Source of the DNA: Octopus vulgaris
Taxonomy: Eukaryota
Assembly: GCA_951406725.2 (NCBI GenBank)
Contig: OX597815.1
Location: 65,348,001-65,412,000 of the forward strand
Direction: 5' to 3'
Length of the DNA: 64,000 bases
Position 1 is the first letter of the stretch. Every line of letters begins with the position of its first letter. Below the pieces are notes generated by a model. It searched no databases. It saw only the letters and a list, made by a program, of their open reading frames with translations, and was not told the origin of the DNA. Of the stretch, positions 13,497-25,892 are shown piece after piece. Position numbers and translations under genes: made by a program.

Positions 13497-14012
13497 TTTT
13501 CGTCCTAAAAAACTTTGTATGGATTGAATGGTTACCTCTATGGAAATATATACATGCACATTATACATACATGTGTGTATAGATGAATATATAAATACAT
13601 TTAAATATCTATATACACTTTTGGGCGATCTTTCTGTTTCTTAGAGATAACTTTAGATCTTATTTTCGTGCTAAAAAACTTTGTATGGAGTGAATGGAAA
13701 TATATACCTCTATGGAAATATATACACACACGTTATACATACATGTGTGCATAGATGAATATATAAATACATTTATATATCTATATACACTTTTGGGCGA
13801 TCTCTGTGCTACTTAGAGATAACTTTAGATCTTATTTTCGTCCTAAAAAACTTTGTGCGGAGTGAATGGTTACGTGTATGGAAATATATACACACACATT
13901 ATACATACATCTGTGTATAGATGAATATATAAATACATTTAAATATCTATATACACTTTTGGGCGATCTTTCTGCTACTTGGATATAGGTCTTATATTCG
14001 TCCTAAAATACT
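13497..14012. repeat. Tandem repeat, about 160-172 bp unit, about 3 copies
   Basis: ttcgtcctaaaaaactttg... recurs at about 13501, 13667, 13839 and 13999. Confidence 0.9.
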
Positions 14013-14476
14013 TTCCTGTCACACACTCACGCACACGCACGCACACACACACACACACGCACCCTCACACACACACACACGCACACACACACTCACACAC
14101 ACGCACGTTAGCTTACAATTTTATTTATATATTTGCGTGTCTATGTGTGTAAAGAGGAAGTGGCAGACTGAAAGAGTCACTCACTACAAAAGGTGAATTA
14201 CTTTCATTTTATTCCTTGCACACTGTGTGTGTGCGTGTGCGTGTGGTGTAAAACACATTAAGAAAAGCATTTGACATACACACCAGAATGTGAGTTTTCT
14301 GTAAATTTTGCTTAATTGGAGTTTAAATTTAAAAAAGTGGACCTGGCAAAACCCGATGCATTCTACTCTTAAAAATGCTAAGTAAATTGTAATTGAAGAA
14401 ATCCTATATTGTAGATTTCTATAACTGACAAAGGGAGGCAGATAAAATCTGCCTTTTATAATAAGAGATATGTATG

Positions 14477-14530
<54 letters not shown>

Positions 14531-14636
14531 GAATTTAGTTCACTTGTGATCTAAATGAATAGGTACGCTGAGTAAGTGCTATAGTCTGTTGACCATAATA
14601 ATAATGATAATCATAATACCACTGCCACTACTAATG

Positions 14637-14713
14637 AGCCCGGTCTGGGAATCGAAACCGCGATCCTACGACCGCGAGTCCGCTTCCCTAACCACTGGGC
14701 CATTGCGCCTCCA
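14637..14713 (-). mobile_element. Isolated tRNA-derived SINE head, CpG-rich
   Basis: The minus strand reads ggaggcgcaatggcccagtggttaggg...gcggtttcgattcccagaccgggc with A/B-box-like motifs but no proper acceptor stem. It matches the start of 16790-17120. Confidence 0.7.
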
Positions 14714-15332
14714 CTCTCTTGTATGTATGTAACCCTGGACAGAAAATACAAGTCCTTCACGTGGCTCCAGGCCTCCTCGAAGGCTATTTTTCAAACCCAA
14801 TATATTTTACATTGTTATTTATTGCGGTATCACCTCGTGATTCACTATTAAAATTATTTATTTCATAACTCAATGCTTTCACATTTCCATAATATATAAT
14901 TATCAGCGTTTAATATCTGTTTCCTATGCTGGCATTGGGAGGGCTGGTTTGTCAGCAACTGAAGAACAAGAGAACTGTACAAGGCTCCAATGTCTGTTTA
15001 CGTATGATGTCTATGGATGGATGCCTTTCCTAATAATGCCAACCACTTTACAGAGTGCATATTTTGTAGCAGCGGAACTAACGAGGCCACTAAGTAATTA
15101 ACCAACAACAGAAGGGCCCACAGCTGAATGGGGGTGTAGGATTAAGTGAGATAGCTTTGTGCCAGGTGTTGAGAGGCCAAAGACATAGGGGACAGCAACA
15201 GGTGTCATGCTGAAGAGGGGATTCATGGCTGTCCCAACGGAAAGAGAGATGTATATATGGGTTTCAATAGCAAAGTATCGCCCAACAAGATTACAGCTGT
15301 TTCAATGCATTTATCTTTTACTTGTTTCAGAC

Positions 15333-15568
15333 CAGTGTTTCTCAACCTTTTTACCCTTGCGGAGCCCTTAAAATAAATTACATGTCTCAAGGAGCCCCTG
15401 CACAAAAATAATTACATACCAGAACTTTCATATATATATGGTGGTTATATTTTTTTGATAACATAATAGGTTAGATAGGATGATGGTTATATTTTTTTGA
15501 TAACATAATAGGTTAGATAGGATGATGTCTATATTACAATAATATGTTGTACATGTTGAGAAATACTG
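15333..15568. mobile_element. hAT-like MITE nested in a SINE
   Basis: Termini cagtgtttctcaac / gttgagaaatactg, with an internal 42-bp tandem duplication at about 15442-15525. It interrupts a minus-strand SINE (about 15310-15915). Confidence 0.75.
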
Positions 15569-16163
15569 CATTAGACTGTGGCCATGCTGGGACATCACCT
15601 CCAAGAATTTTTAACTGAATGAATCAACACCAAAAATTTTTGTTTTTAAAAGCCTAGTACTAATTTTATCAGTTTCTCTTGCTGAACTAAGTTATGGGGA
15701 TGTAAACAAACCAACACCAATTGGTGATGGTGAACAGACATAAAAACACACTCACATACACAATGGGCTTCTTTCAGTTTTTGCCTACCAAATCCATTCA
15801 CAAGGATTTGGTTGACCCAAGGCTATAGTAGAAGACATTTGCCCAAGATACCACACAGTGGGACTGAACCCAGAATCAAAGGGTTGGGAAGCAACCTTCT
15901 TACCACACAGCTGTGCCTACCCATGCCTGCACCCTGTGTATGTGTGTCTGTGGATCTTCTCAAAGGCAATATTCTGTGGTACCATAGCTTTGACGATAAG
16001 CCTAAAACATCGAAACAGCTGCTGAGATGGCCACTGGCTAATGCTACATTGTCAGCAACAGAAGCTCTTAGCTTTACATTGATGATGTATTGAGCATTTC
16101 CTTCACACACACACACACAACTTACTTGATATTAAATAAAGATTTACAATATATATATATATA

Positions 16164-16568
16164 GGCGCAGGAGTGGCTGTGTGGTAAGTAGCTTGCTAAC
16201 CAACCACATGGTTCCGGGTTCAGTCCCACTGCGTGGCATCTTGGGCAAGTGTCTTCTGCTATAGCCCCGGGCCGACCAATGCCTTGTGAGTGGATTTGGT
16301 AGATGGAAACTGAAAGAAGCCTGTCGTATATATGTATATATGTATGTGTGTGTATGTGTTTGTGTGTCTGTGTTTGTCCCCCTAGCATTGCCTGACAACC
16401 GATGCTGGTGTGTTTACGTCCCCGTCACTTAGCGGTTCGGCAAAAGAGACCGATAGAATAAGTACTGGGCTTACAAAGAATAAGTCCTGGGGCCGATTTG
16501 CACGGCTAAAGGCGGTGCTCCAGCATGGCCGCAGTCAAATGACTGAAACAAGTGAAAAAAAAAAAAAA
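16164..16568 (+). mobile_element. Full-length young tRNA-derived SINE with internal microsatellite and A tail
   Basis: A box tggctgtgtggtaag, B box gggttcagtccc, cttgggcaagtgt body and poly(A) tail. Further copies at about 7800-7935, 18915-19065, 26660-27370, 27878-28060, 29800-29930, 32275-32425, 33015-33170, 33945-34390, 46630-46930 and 51610-51745. Confidence 0.9.
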
Positions 16569-16789
16569 TTTGTATATATCAATAATAACAAAGGGTAAAA
16601 TTAATTAATTAAGTAGTAATCAATAATTTCACCAAGTAGAATTTGGCATGAAAAAGGACCATTTCATGGTATGTGGTAAAGCAAATCTTTGCAGAACCCT
16701 AATTATAAAGTATATATATATATGTATGTATATACACACACACACACGTGCTTGTGTGTATATGCCTACAAACATATACGTAATTTATT

Positions 16790-17130
16790 CCCGCGGTTTC
16801 GATTCCCAGGCCGGGCATTGTGAGTGTTTATTGAGCAAAAACACCTAAAGCTTCACGAGGCTCCTGCAGGGGGTGGTGGTGAACCCTGCTGTACTCTTTC
16901 ACCACAACTTTCTCTCACTCTTTCTTCCTGTTTCTGTTGTATCTGTATTTCAAAGGGCCAGCCTTGTCACACTCTGTGTCACGCTGAATCTCCTCGAGAA
17001 CTACGTTAAGGGTACACGTGTCTGTGGAGTGCTGAGCCACTTGCACGTTAATTCCACAAGCAAGCTGTTCTGTTGATCGTATCAGCTGGGACCCTCATCG
17101 TCGTAACCGACGGAGTGCTCCTACTACTAC
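16790..17130 (+). mobile_element. SINE of a second family, 5'-truncated, (CTA)n tail
   Basis: Begins in the B-box region cgcggtttcgattcccaggccggg, which matches 14637-14713, and ends ggagtgctcctactactac. Confidence 0.7.
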
Positions 17131-17839
17131 TATAAGATAATACTACCCACAGCTGAATGACTGAGTTATTGACTCACTAGAATAGGACATCAACCTATAA
17201 TATGATGTAAATTTAAACAAGATGTTGATAAATGCTGGATGATGATGGAAACAATATATAGAAAAAGATAAAATAGAATATAAAACCTTCTGTTCAGTGA
17301 AGTCTCATTGAATGAAGTATTCCACTTTGTGATGTGACATTCAGTGGCAGATCTACTATAAAACTAATGAAGCTTAAGCTTCAGGGCCCATAATACCTGA
17401 GGGGGCTCCTCTGATCAACTTAATTTTTTCATTCTGTCAATATTTTTCTTATTGTATTTTGCCATGCAGACAGGGCCGATAAAACGAAATAGACTGAGAA
17501 AAATGTTTTGTCTCTACACCAGTCCCCCAAAAAAGGATGGTACCAGTGAAATAACAAAGAAAAGTTTTAAAAAACATGTATGTATGTATGTATGTATGTA
17601 TGTATGTATGTATGTATGTATGTATGTATGTATGTATGTATGTATGTATGTATGAATGAATGAATGTACATATGCATGAATTATGTGCATTTGTGTGTTT
17701 GTGTGTGTGAATATATATAGCAATAAAAAGAAATAAACAGAAAAAGTTTTATTCTCTCTAGTTTAAGTTCCGTCTCCAAGAGCTGCATGGTGCCAGGTAA
17801 GTGACAAAGGTAGATGTGTGTGTGTATGTATGTATATAT

Positions 17840-18110
17840 ATATTTCTTTATTGCCCACAGGGAGCTAAACATAGAGGGGACAAACAAGGACAAAGGGATT
17901 AAGTCGATTACATCGACCCCAGTGCGTAACTGGTACTTATTTAATCAACCCCGAAAGGATGAAAGGCAAAGATGACCTTGGCAGAATTTGAACTCAGAAC
18001 GTAACGGCAGACGAAATACCTATTTCTTATCTACCGGCAAGGGCTAAACACAGAGAGGACAAACAAGGACAGACTAATGGATTAAGTCGATTATATCGAC
18101 CCCAGTACTT
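17840..18110 (-). mobile_element. SINE of a third family (gcctttcatcctttcggggtcgataaataagtacc body)
   Basis: The same body occurs at 25670-25900, 38050-38360, 40380-40570 and 40598-40815. Confidence 0.75.
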
Positions 18111-18118
18111 GACTAAGG

Positions 18119-18179
<61 letters not shown>

Positions 18180-18713
18180 GCATTTCCTTCTGCTGATATC
18201 TGTAGCTTTACTGATGATAGCCATCATTGCTTCATAAACATTGTCCATTAAAAGCCAATATTGTATTGGTATGAGTCACAGAGAGAGAGGGGAGGAGAGA
18301 GAAAGAAAGAGAGAGGGAGAGAGAGAAAGAAAGAGAGAGAGGAGAGAGAGAGAGAGGGGAGGGAAGCAGTTAGAAATAGATCAAATGATTTTACATTAAC
18401 TAAGCAGGAACTGCTTTGAATCATCATCATTCTTGTGGTCATTGTCATCATCATCATCATCATCATCTGCGCCAATTTCACCATCATCACCATAACTACA
18501 ACCATCATCATACAATCATCTCACCCCTATCCACCACCAGACAATCACCATCACCATCACCACCACCACCACCACCACTAACACTTCTACGCTAAAGATG
18601 CTGTGGAAATATGGAAAAGATTCCACCCACATCAGATCCTCCAACTTTCACTCCTAAGGAAAATAATAATCTTCAATAAAAGCCAATATACAGAGTAATT
18701 ATGTTGTTGTTGT

Positions 18714-18745
<32 letters not shown>

Positions 18746-18791
18746 TTGTTGTTGTTGCTGTTGTTGTTGCTGCTGCTACTGCTGTTGCTGC

Positions 18792-18830
<39 letters not shown>

Positions 18831-19504
18831 AAGCCTAGTTGGTCCTGATTGAGTAGACATTCCATCCTTGCCAGTCTCATCTAATTTTCAGACATCTTCA
18901 GACTGGCAGAGACATGGCTGTGTGATTAAGAAACATGTTTTCCAGATATGTGGTTTTGGGTTCAATTCCCTTATGCAGCACTTTGGGTAATGGCTTTCTA
19001 CTAGCCCTAAGCTGATCAAAGCCATGTGAGTGGATTTGGTAGAGAAAAATTGAAAGAAGTCTGTAATATATCATCATCATCAGTTAATGTCCATTTTCCA
19101 TGCTGGCATGGCTTAAACAGTTTCACAGGCGCTGACCATTATATATATATAACATGGTCGATGCAGTGCCCCTTTGACTGGCTCCCATACTGGTGGCACG
19201 TGAAAAGCACCATCCAAACGTGATCAATGCCAGGTCCGCCTCACTGATTCCTGTACCGGTGGCATGTAAAAAGCACTGTCCAAACATGATCGATGCCAGG
19301 GCTTCCTAGCTGGCTCCTGTGCCAGTGGCATGTAAAAAGCACCCACTACACTCTCGGAGTGGTTGGAAGGGCATTCAGCTGTAGAAACATTGCCAGATCA
19401 GACTGGAGCCTGCTGCAGCTGCTGGCTTTCCAGACCTCAGTCAAACCGTCCAACCCATGCCAGCATGGAAAACGGACATTAAACGATGATGATGATAATG
19501 ATAT

Positions 19505-20285
19505 ATAAATGATAAATGTATTAAATACTACAAAACGTACACACAGGGCAGACACAAAGACCCTAATGCTTCATCAGTTACCAACCAAAAATACTAATAC
19601 CCATTTTCATGCCTTTTACAATAAGACTGGGAACTTCATATACTGGTGGCACCCACAAGATTTGTGTAGAATTAGGGATCAAGCAAACAAAACAATACAA
19701 GGTGGATGTATGAAAGTAAACAAATGTAATTTGAAACGATAGATGAAGACAATAAATAAAGCTGTTTGACCAAACACAGGATGATGGATTAACACTTGGA
19801 AAAAATCCTCAAATGGATATAAAACAGAATTAGTAAGAGAGGAGAAAAAGCTGACCTGCACACTAGACGTTCAGTGGTGAAAAAGCAAAAATAGAAAATT
19901 AGTCAAGGGTCATGTGTAGGCTGAAGATAGAAGGGAAGGAGGATGAGAGAGTAGCAGTGAGAGAGAGGAAATAGGAGAAAGAAGGGAGAAAGTCTACAAT
20001 TAAGTGTGAGAAGACGAGAGAGGGAGAGAGGAAGTAGGAGTACCAGAAAAGGAATATTAAGACAAGAGAGAAAGAAAGTAAAATAGAACATACAAACATA
20101 CAGTTAACAAAAGTTGGGACATGTGGTATTCAGTTATTCCATAAATGAAAAATGCATTAAATACTACAAAACATACATGTAGAACAGACACAAGGACCCT
20201 AATGCTTCATCAGTTATCGACCAAAAATACTAATACTCAGTGTCATGCTTTTAATGATAAGACTGAGAACTCCGTATATTGTCAG
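19505..20285 (-). repeat. About 140-bp direct repeats (19505-19645, 20141-20285) around a purine-rich spacer
   Basis: taaatactacaaaac...gaccctaatgcttcatcagtta...aaaaatactaatac occurs twice, about 637 bp apart. Confidence 0.8.
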
Positions 20286-20316
20286 CCACCGATACACACA
20301 CACAAACACATATATA

Positions 20317-20347
<31 letters not shown>

Positions 20348-20354
20348 TTATACA

Positions 20355-21678
20355 TCACCATCATCATCATCATCGTTTAGCGTCCGCTTTCCATGCTGGC
20401 ATGGGTTGGATGGTGCAACTGGGGTCTAGGAAGCCAGAAGGCTGCACCAGGCCCAGTCTGATCTGGCAATGTTTCTACGGCTGGATGTCCTTCCTAACGC
20501 CAACCACTCCATGAGTGTAGTGGGTGCTTTTTACGTGTCACCTGCACAGGTGCCAGACAAGTCTGGCAAACGGCCACGGTCGGATGGTGCTTTTTACGTG
20601 CCACCGGCACGGAGGCCAGGCGAGGGTGGCAACAGTCACGATTGGATGGTGCTTTTTACGTGCCACCGGCACGGAAGCCAGTCAGGGCGGCACTGGCAAC
20701 AGCCACGTTCGGATGGTTCTCTTATGTGCCACCAGCACTGATATCACAGCGACAATTTCCATTCAAGTTGATCAATTTTGATTTTTGATTTTTTGATTTT
20801 TTGATTTTCACTTGCCTCAACAAGTCTTCACAAGTAGGGTTTTGTGTCCCAAGAAGGAGAGGTATGCATAAGTGGACTGAGGCCATGGGTGATGGTCTCA
20901 CTTGTCCTGCCGGGTCTTCTCACGCACAGCATACTTCCAAAGGTCTCGGTCTCTAGTCATTTCCTCGGTGAGACCTAAAGTTCGAAGGTCATGCTTCACC
21001 ACCTCATCCCAGGTTTTCCTGGGTCTGCCTCTTCCACAGATTCCCTCAACAGCTAGGGTGTGGCACTTTTTCACACAACTATCTTCATCCATTCTCGCCA
21101 TATGGCCATACCAGCGCAAACGTCTCTCTTGCACACCGCAACTGATGCTTCTTAGGTCCAACTTCTCTCTCAAGGTACTTACACTCTGTCGAGTATGAAC
21201 ACTGACATTACACATCCATCGGAGCATACTGGCTTCATTTCTTGTGAGCTTACGCATATCCTCAGCAGTCACAGCCCATGTTTCACTACCATGTAGCATG
21301 GCTGTTCGTACACAAGCATCATACAGTCTACCTTTTACTCTGAGCGAGAGGCCTTTTGTCCCTAGCAGAGGTAAGAGCTCTCTGAACTTTGCCCAAGCTA
21401 TTCTTACTCTAGCAGTTACACTTTCAACACACCCGCCCCCGCAACTGACTTGGTCACCTAGGTAACGGAAGCTATCAACTATTTCTAGTTTTTATCCCTG
21501 GAATGTAGCGGAAGTTGCTCTCTGCGCATTTTCAGTGTTTATTGCTCCTGAGTATCTGCCACATACAAAAACTATCTTCCTAGTTAGCCTTTCCTTGACG
21601 TTGCTGCACCTCTTGTGTGTCCATAGCTTACACTTGGTGCATCTTATAGAGTTTCTACCTACGCCTTTCCTACAGATA
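20355..21678 (-). mobile_element. 5'-truncated RTE LINE with complete 3' UTR and (GAT)n tail
   Basis: ORF 20898-21299 reads MLHGSETWAV...RRLRWYGHMARM...GRGRPRKTW. The 3' UTR matches 61075-61613. Both ends abut TA-rich tracts. Confidence 0.95.
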
Positions 21679-21697
21679 TATATATATATATATATAT

Positions 21698-22149
21698 ACT
21701 AGCAGAGATACCTGGCGTTGCCAGTGTTACATGCAATTGAAGAATTAGACTTTTCAGCTATATTTTCTGTAATGAATTGGAATACCTATGATTCGAATTT
21801 CATCAAAATTGCAGATGAGGGTTATTTCCCTCTTTACACATCCTAAAAAAATTGTAATCATGACACACATATCGCATGCTACTGATTTTTATGCGCAGAT
21901 TCTAAAATTCCAGTCTTATAGAACCAACCTGAAAAATGGGGCGGGTGTGTTAAAATGTGGCAGTTAAGTATTGGGGGTGGGTGTCTTAATGTCAACCAGA
22001 GAAGTTGAATTGTTGAGAATCTTTTTAACTTAGGTCTTATATCTATTGTTTGAATTTCTTTGAAATAGGAAATATATGTTCATTGGGTTTACAAAAGAGA
22101 GCAAAGCTACAGGAAACAAAGAGACAAATGATCACAATAAGCAGTCAGC

Positions 22150-22217
<68 letters not shown>

Positions 22218-22703
22218 GATTTCGTAGACAGAAATCAATCGTATATATATATATGTATGTATATACGTAAGTGTATGTGTGTGTGTTTTTGTCTCTGTGT
22301 TTCGCCCTTCTCACTACTTCACAACTGCTGTTCGTTTATTTACATTCCCATAACTTACTGGTTTCACAAGAAGAAAGTGATAGAATAAGTACCAGGCTTA
22401 TCAAAATAATAAAAAAGCACTAGGCAGTGTCTCATATTTTTGTTTGCCCACTTAGTTGTATCTATCAATTTATCTTTGTGTGTGTGAGTGTGTGTGTGCG
22501 TGCGTGCATGTATATATGGATTTCGTAGACAGAAACTGAAAGAAATCACTCATATATATATATATGTAAGTGCATGTGTGTGTCTTTGCTTCTGTGTTTT
22601 GCCCTCATCTCTGCTTCACAACTGCTGTTTGTTTATTTACTTCCCCATAACTTACTGGTTTGACAAGAAAAAACTGATAATTCTTCAATTGCATATAACA
22701 CTG

Positions 22704-22771
<68 letters not shown>

Positions 22772-23068
22772 ATACCTGTATATATGTGAAATAATAGTTC
22801 CACTTTAATAGTTTCAGTATTAAAGTGAAAGTATCTGACATTACAACAGAGAGATGTTATTGTTTCACTTTTGAAACGTAATACTAAAATAGTTGAGAAG
22901 ATATGACATTGCTGTGGGCTCGCACTAGGCAAGAAGTCAATAATTGTTTTGGCCTATGACACCACATGGACCCCAAGTAAGGCATGTGTAAAATTTGAAT
23001 GAAACCGGTTGTGCAGTTCTCAAGCCCTAGGGATTCACACAGACACACACACATTCTCATCTTTATAT
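21698..23068 (-). mobile_element. Non-autonomous Helitron-like element(s) containing SINE fragments
   Basis: tactagcagagatacctggcgttgcc is a CTAG plus hairpin end. The other end, acacacacattctcatctttatatata, also occurs at about 25480-25512 and inverted at 23074-23110. Confidence 0.65.
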
Positions 23069-23281
23069 ATACCTATCTATATATATAAAGATGAGAATGT
23101 GTGTCTGTGTGAATCCTCAAAACTTGAGAACCACACAACCAACTTCATTCAAATCCCACACATGCCCCCACTCAGGGTCCATGTAGTGTCACAGACCAAA
23201 AAAAAATTTTCAACCTCATGCCCAGTGCGAGCCCACAGCAATATATTCTCTCCACTATTTCAGTATTACGTGTCAAAAATG

Positions 23282-24141
23282 TGTAGTGGACTCTCTCTCT
23301 CTGTTATATATACATGAGTACAGACATAGTAGATAATAGCTTGCCTTCGGCTGCCCTTTTGGACCCTGTTGTGTCCACTACTCTCATTGGTTGGTATTGG
23401 CACAATTTGTCTCCATGACAGCATCTTTTCTAAACTTCAGTTGCACCGATAGAATAGTATAAAAAAGCTAGTTTCAACACCGCATTTCGTCTTTTGGTTC
23501 TAGACCTTCTAAGGTCTAACCACTGACCACAGAGTACACAACCAGTTCCAGCAACCAGCAGCCACATGGAGAAACATCAACACTTTGTCCAGCAGCATCA
23601 GGACCGCCATCTCTGTCGCCTCTGTCTTCATGTCAACATCTCTCTACGTACACAGCAACTCGCCAGGTTCTATCTCCTCACTGTTTGTGAATTACTTCAC
23701 TATAGCTAACAGCAAACACAACCTGCAAGAACCTTCTGTAGCAAGTAACTCAGCAGCAGCATTGTAGCCTCAACTTTATGCATGACATGTGCCTCAACCG
23801 GCTCTGCTTCTTCGCCTCAACTTCTTGTTACAGTACTTCATCTATTGTGTACCTTCCTACGAACTGGTATTTATCTTCCTTGTGTCTGAACATTATTTTA
23901 ACGTCCTGTTATGGATTCTTTCAATGTTCTGTATTTAATGTACACACATACACATTATGTATTCATGATAGCCTGTCTATTGTGTACTTATGACGCACAC
24001 ACATTAACACATAACTAAATCTTCTCTTAACATTCTGGCACTCATACTCATTTATACATTTCGTATTTTATTGTAATTGTCCATGCAATGTATTAAAGGA
24101 GCCATTCATCGTCACCTCTCCTTTTGCACGGTCATTCTACA
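23282..24141 (+). mobile_element. Solo LTR (Gypsy-like, 4-bp TSD) inserted in a Helitron-like element
   Basis: TGTAG...CTACA termini with AATG duplicated at 23278-23281 and 24142-24145. The host sequence resumes on both sides. TATA-like tataaaaaag at about 23458. Confidence 0.85.
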
Positions 24142-24271
24142 AATGAAACACTAACATCTCTCTATTGTAATGTCAGATACTTTCACTTTAATACTGAAAC
24201 TATTAAAGTGAAATTATTATCTCACATGTATACAGGCATACATACATATATACATACATATAATATATACA

Positions 24272-24328
<57 letters not shown>

Positions 24329-24529
24329 ATCCAAACAAGAAAGCACAAAAAAACACAACGCGAGGACATGGAACAAATATAGTATTATTGGACGCTCAGG
24401 AAAGAAGGAGGGTTTAAAGTTTCGAGCGGAGCTCTTCGTCGGAAACATAGGAGAAGGAAAGATCCAGAGAAGGGAAGACAGAGGAAAAAAAAATCGCCAA
24501 CGGTACACACGAGGTCACATTTTGAAAGA

Positions 24530-24980
24530 CCATCATCATATTACATCCGTTTTCCATGCTAGCATGGGTTGGACGGTTCAAACGGGATCTGGGAAGCCAG
24601 AATGCTGCACCAGGCTCCAGTCTGATCTGGCAGTATTTCTACAGCTGGATGCCCTTCCTAACGCCAACCACTCCGTGAGTGTAGTGGGTGCTTTTTACGT
24701 GCCACCGGCCACGTTCGGATGGTGCTTTTTATGTCACTGGCACGGAAGCCAGTCGAGGCGGCACTGGCACAGGGATCACAACTACAATTTCCATTGATTT
24801 TTGATGTTGATGTACTTGACTCAATAGGTATCCTCAAGCATAGGGTCGAAACGGTGTTTCTTTACTTGCCACCTGCACAGGAGTCAGTCCAGCGGCAGTG
24901 GTAACTGCCGGGTGCCAGTCATAGGATTGGTTCAATTTCAATTCCGATTTCACTTGCCCCAACAGGTCTTCACAAGCAGA
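24530..24980 (-). mobile_element. RTE 3' UTR-only copy
   Basis: Matches 61150-61590. Similar tails at about 19170-19497, 45905-46150, 48150-48310, 50575-50770 and 62250-62540. Confidence 0.85.
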
Positions 24981-25110
24981 GCATATATATATATGTATAC
25001 ATCTGCACAAATGTATATATATATAGATGTATATATATATATACGTGTATATATATATATATATATATACATATATATATAGATGTATATACATATATAT
25101 ACACACACAC

Positions 25111-25145
<35 letters not shown>

Positions 25146-25824
25146 GATATATATATATTATATATATGTATGTATATATTTATGTATGCCCGCATATATG
25201 TGAGATAATAGTTTCACTTTAATAGTTTCAGTATTAAAGTGAAACTATTAAAGTGAAAGTATCTGACACTACACTAGAGAGATGTTATTGTTTCACTTTT
25301 GACACGTAATACTGAAATAGTGGAGAAGATATGATATTGCTGTGGGCTCGCACTAGGCAAGAAGTTAAAAATTGTTTTGGCCTATGGCACTACATGGGCC
25401 CTAAGTAAGGCATGTGTAAAATTTGAATGAAACTGGTTGTGTAGTTCTCAAGTTTTAGGGATTTAAACAGACACACAGACAGACACACATTCTCATCTTT
25501 ATATATATAGATTACAACTACAAAGAACAGAAGATAGCAGACTTATGATCATTATAGGCTATACAGAAAGCACACTGTTGAATATCTTCACAACAAAACA
25601 AAACTAAGCAATATGAAAGGCCATCTGGAGACAGCTTGCTGCTGTTGCAAACCCTGTCAACTACTAATGGTGGCGACTTGGCAGAATCGTGAGCACACAG
25701 AGCAAAATGCTGAGCGGCATTTTGTCCATCTTCACGCTCTGAATTCAAATCCTGCCAAGGTTTACTTAGCCTTTCATCCTTTCAGGCCGATGAAATAAGT
25801 ACAGGGTTGATGTAATCAACTGTC

Positions 25825-25892
25825 CCTTGTACCTATAATAGCCTTGTACCTATAATAGCCTTGTACCTATAATAGCCTTGTACCTATAATAG
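25825..25892 (+). repeat. 17-bp minisatellite, 4 copies, within a SINE tail
   Basis: (ccttgtacctataatag) x4, perfect. Confidence 0.95.

Noticed and set aside
14637-14713. Possible genuine tRNA gene
   Set aside because: The acceptor and T stems do not pair properly, and the sequence matches a SINE head.
15985-16030. Hammerhead-like ttgacga...cgaaacagctg
   Set aside because: No convincing stem II, no UH triplet and no stem I.
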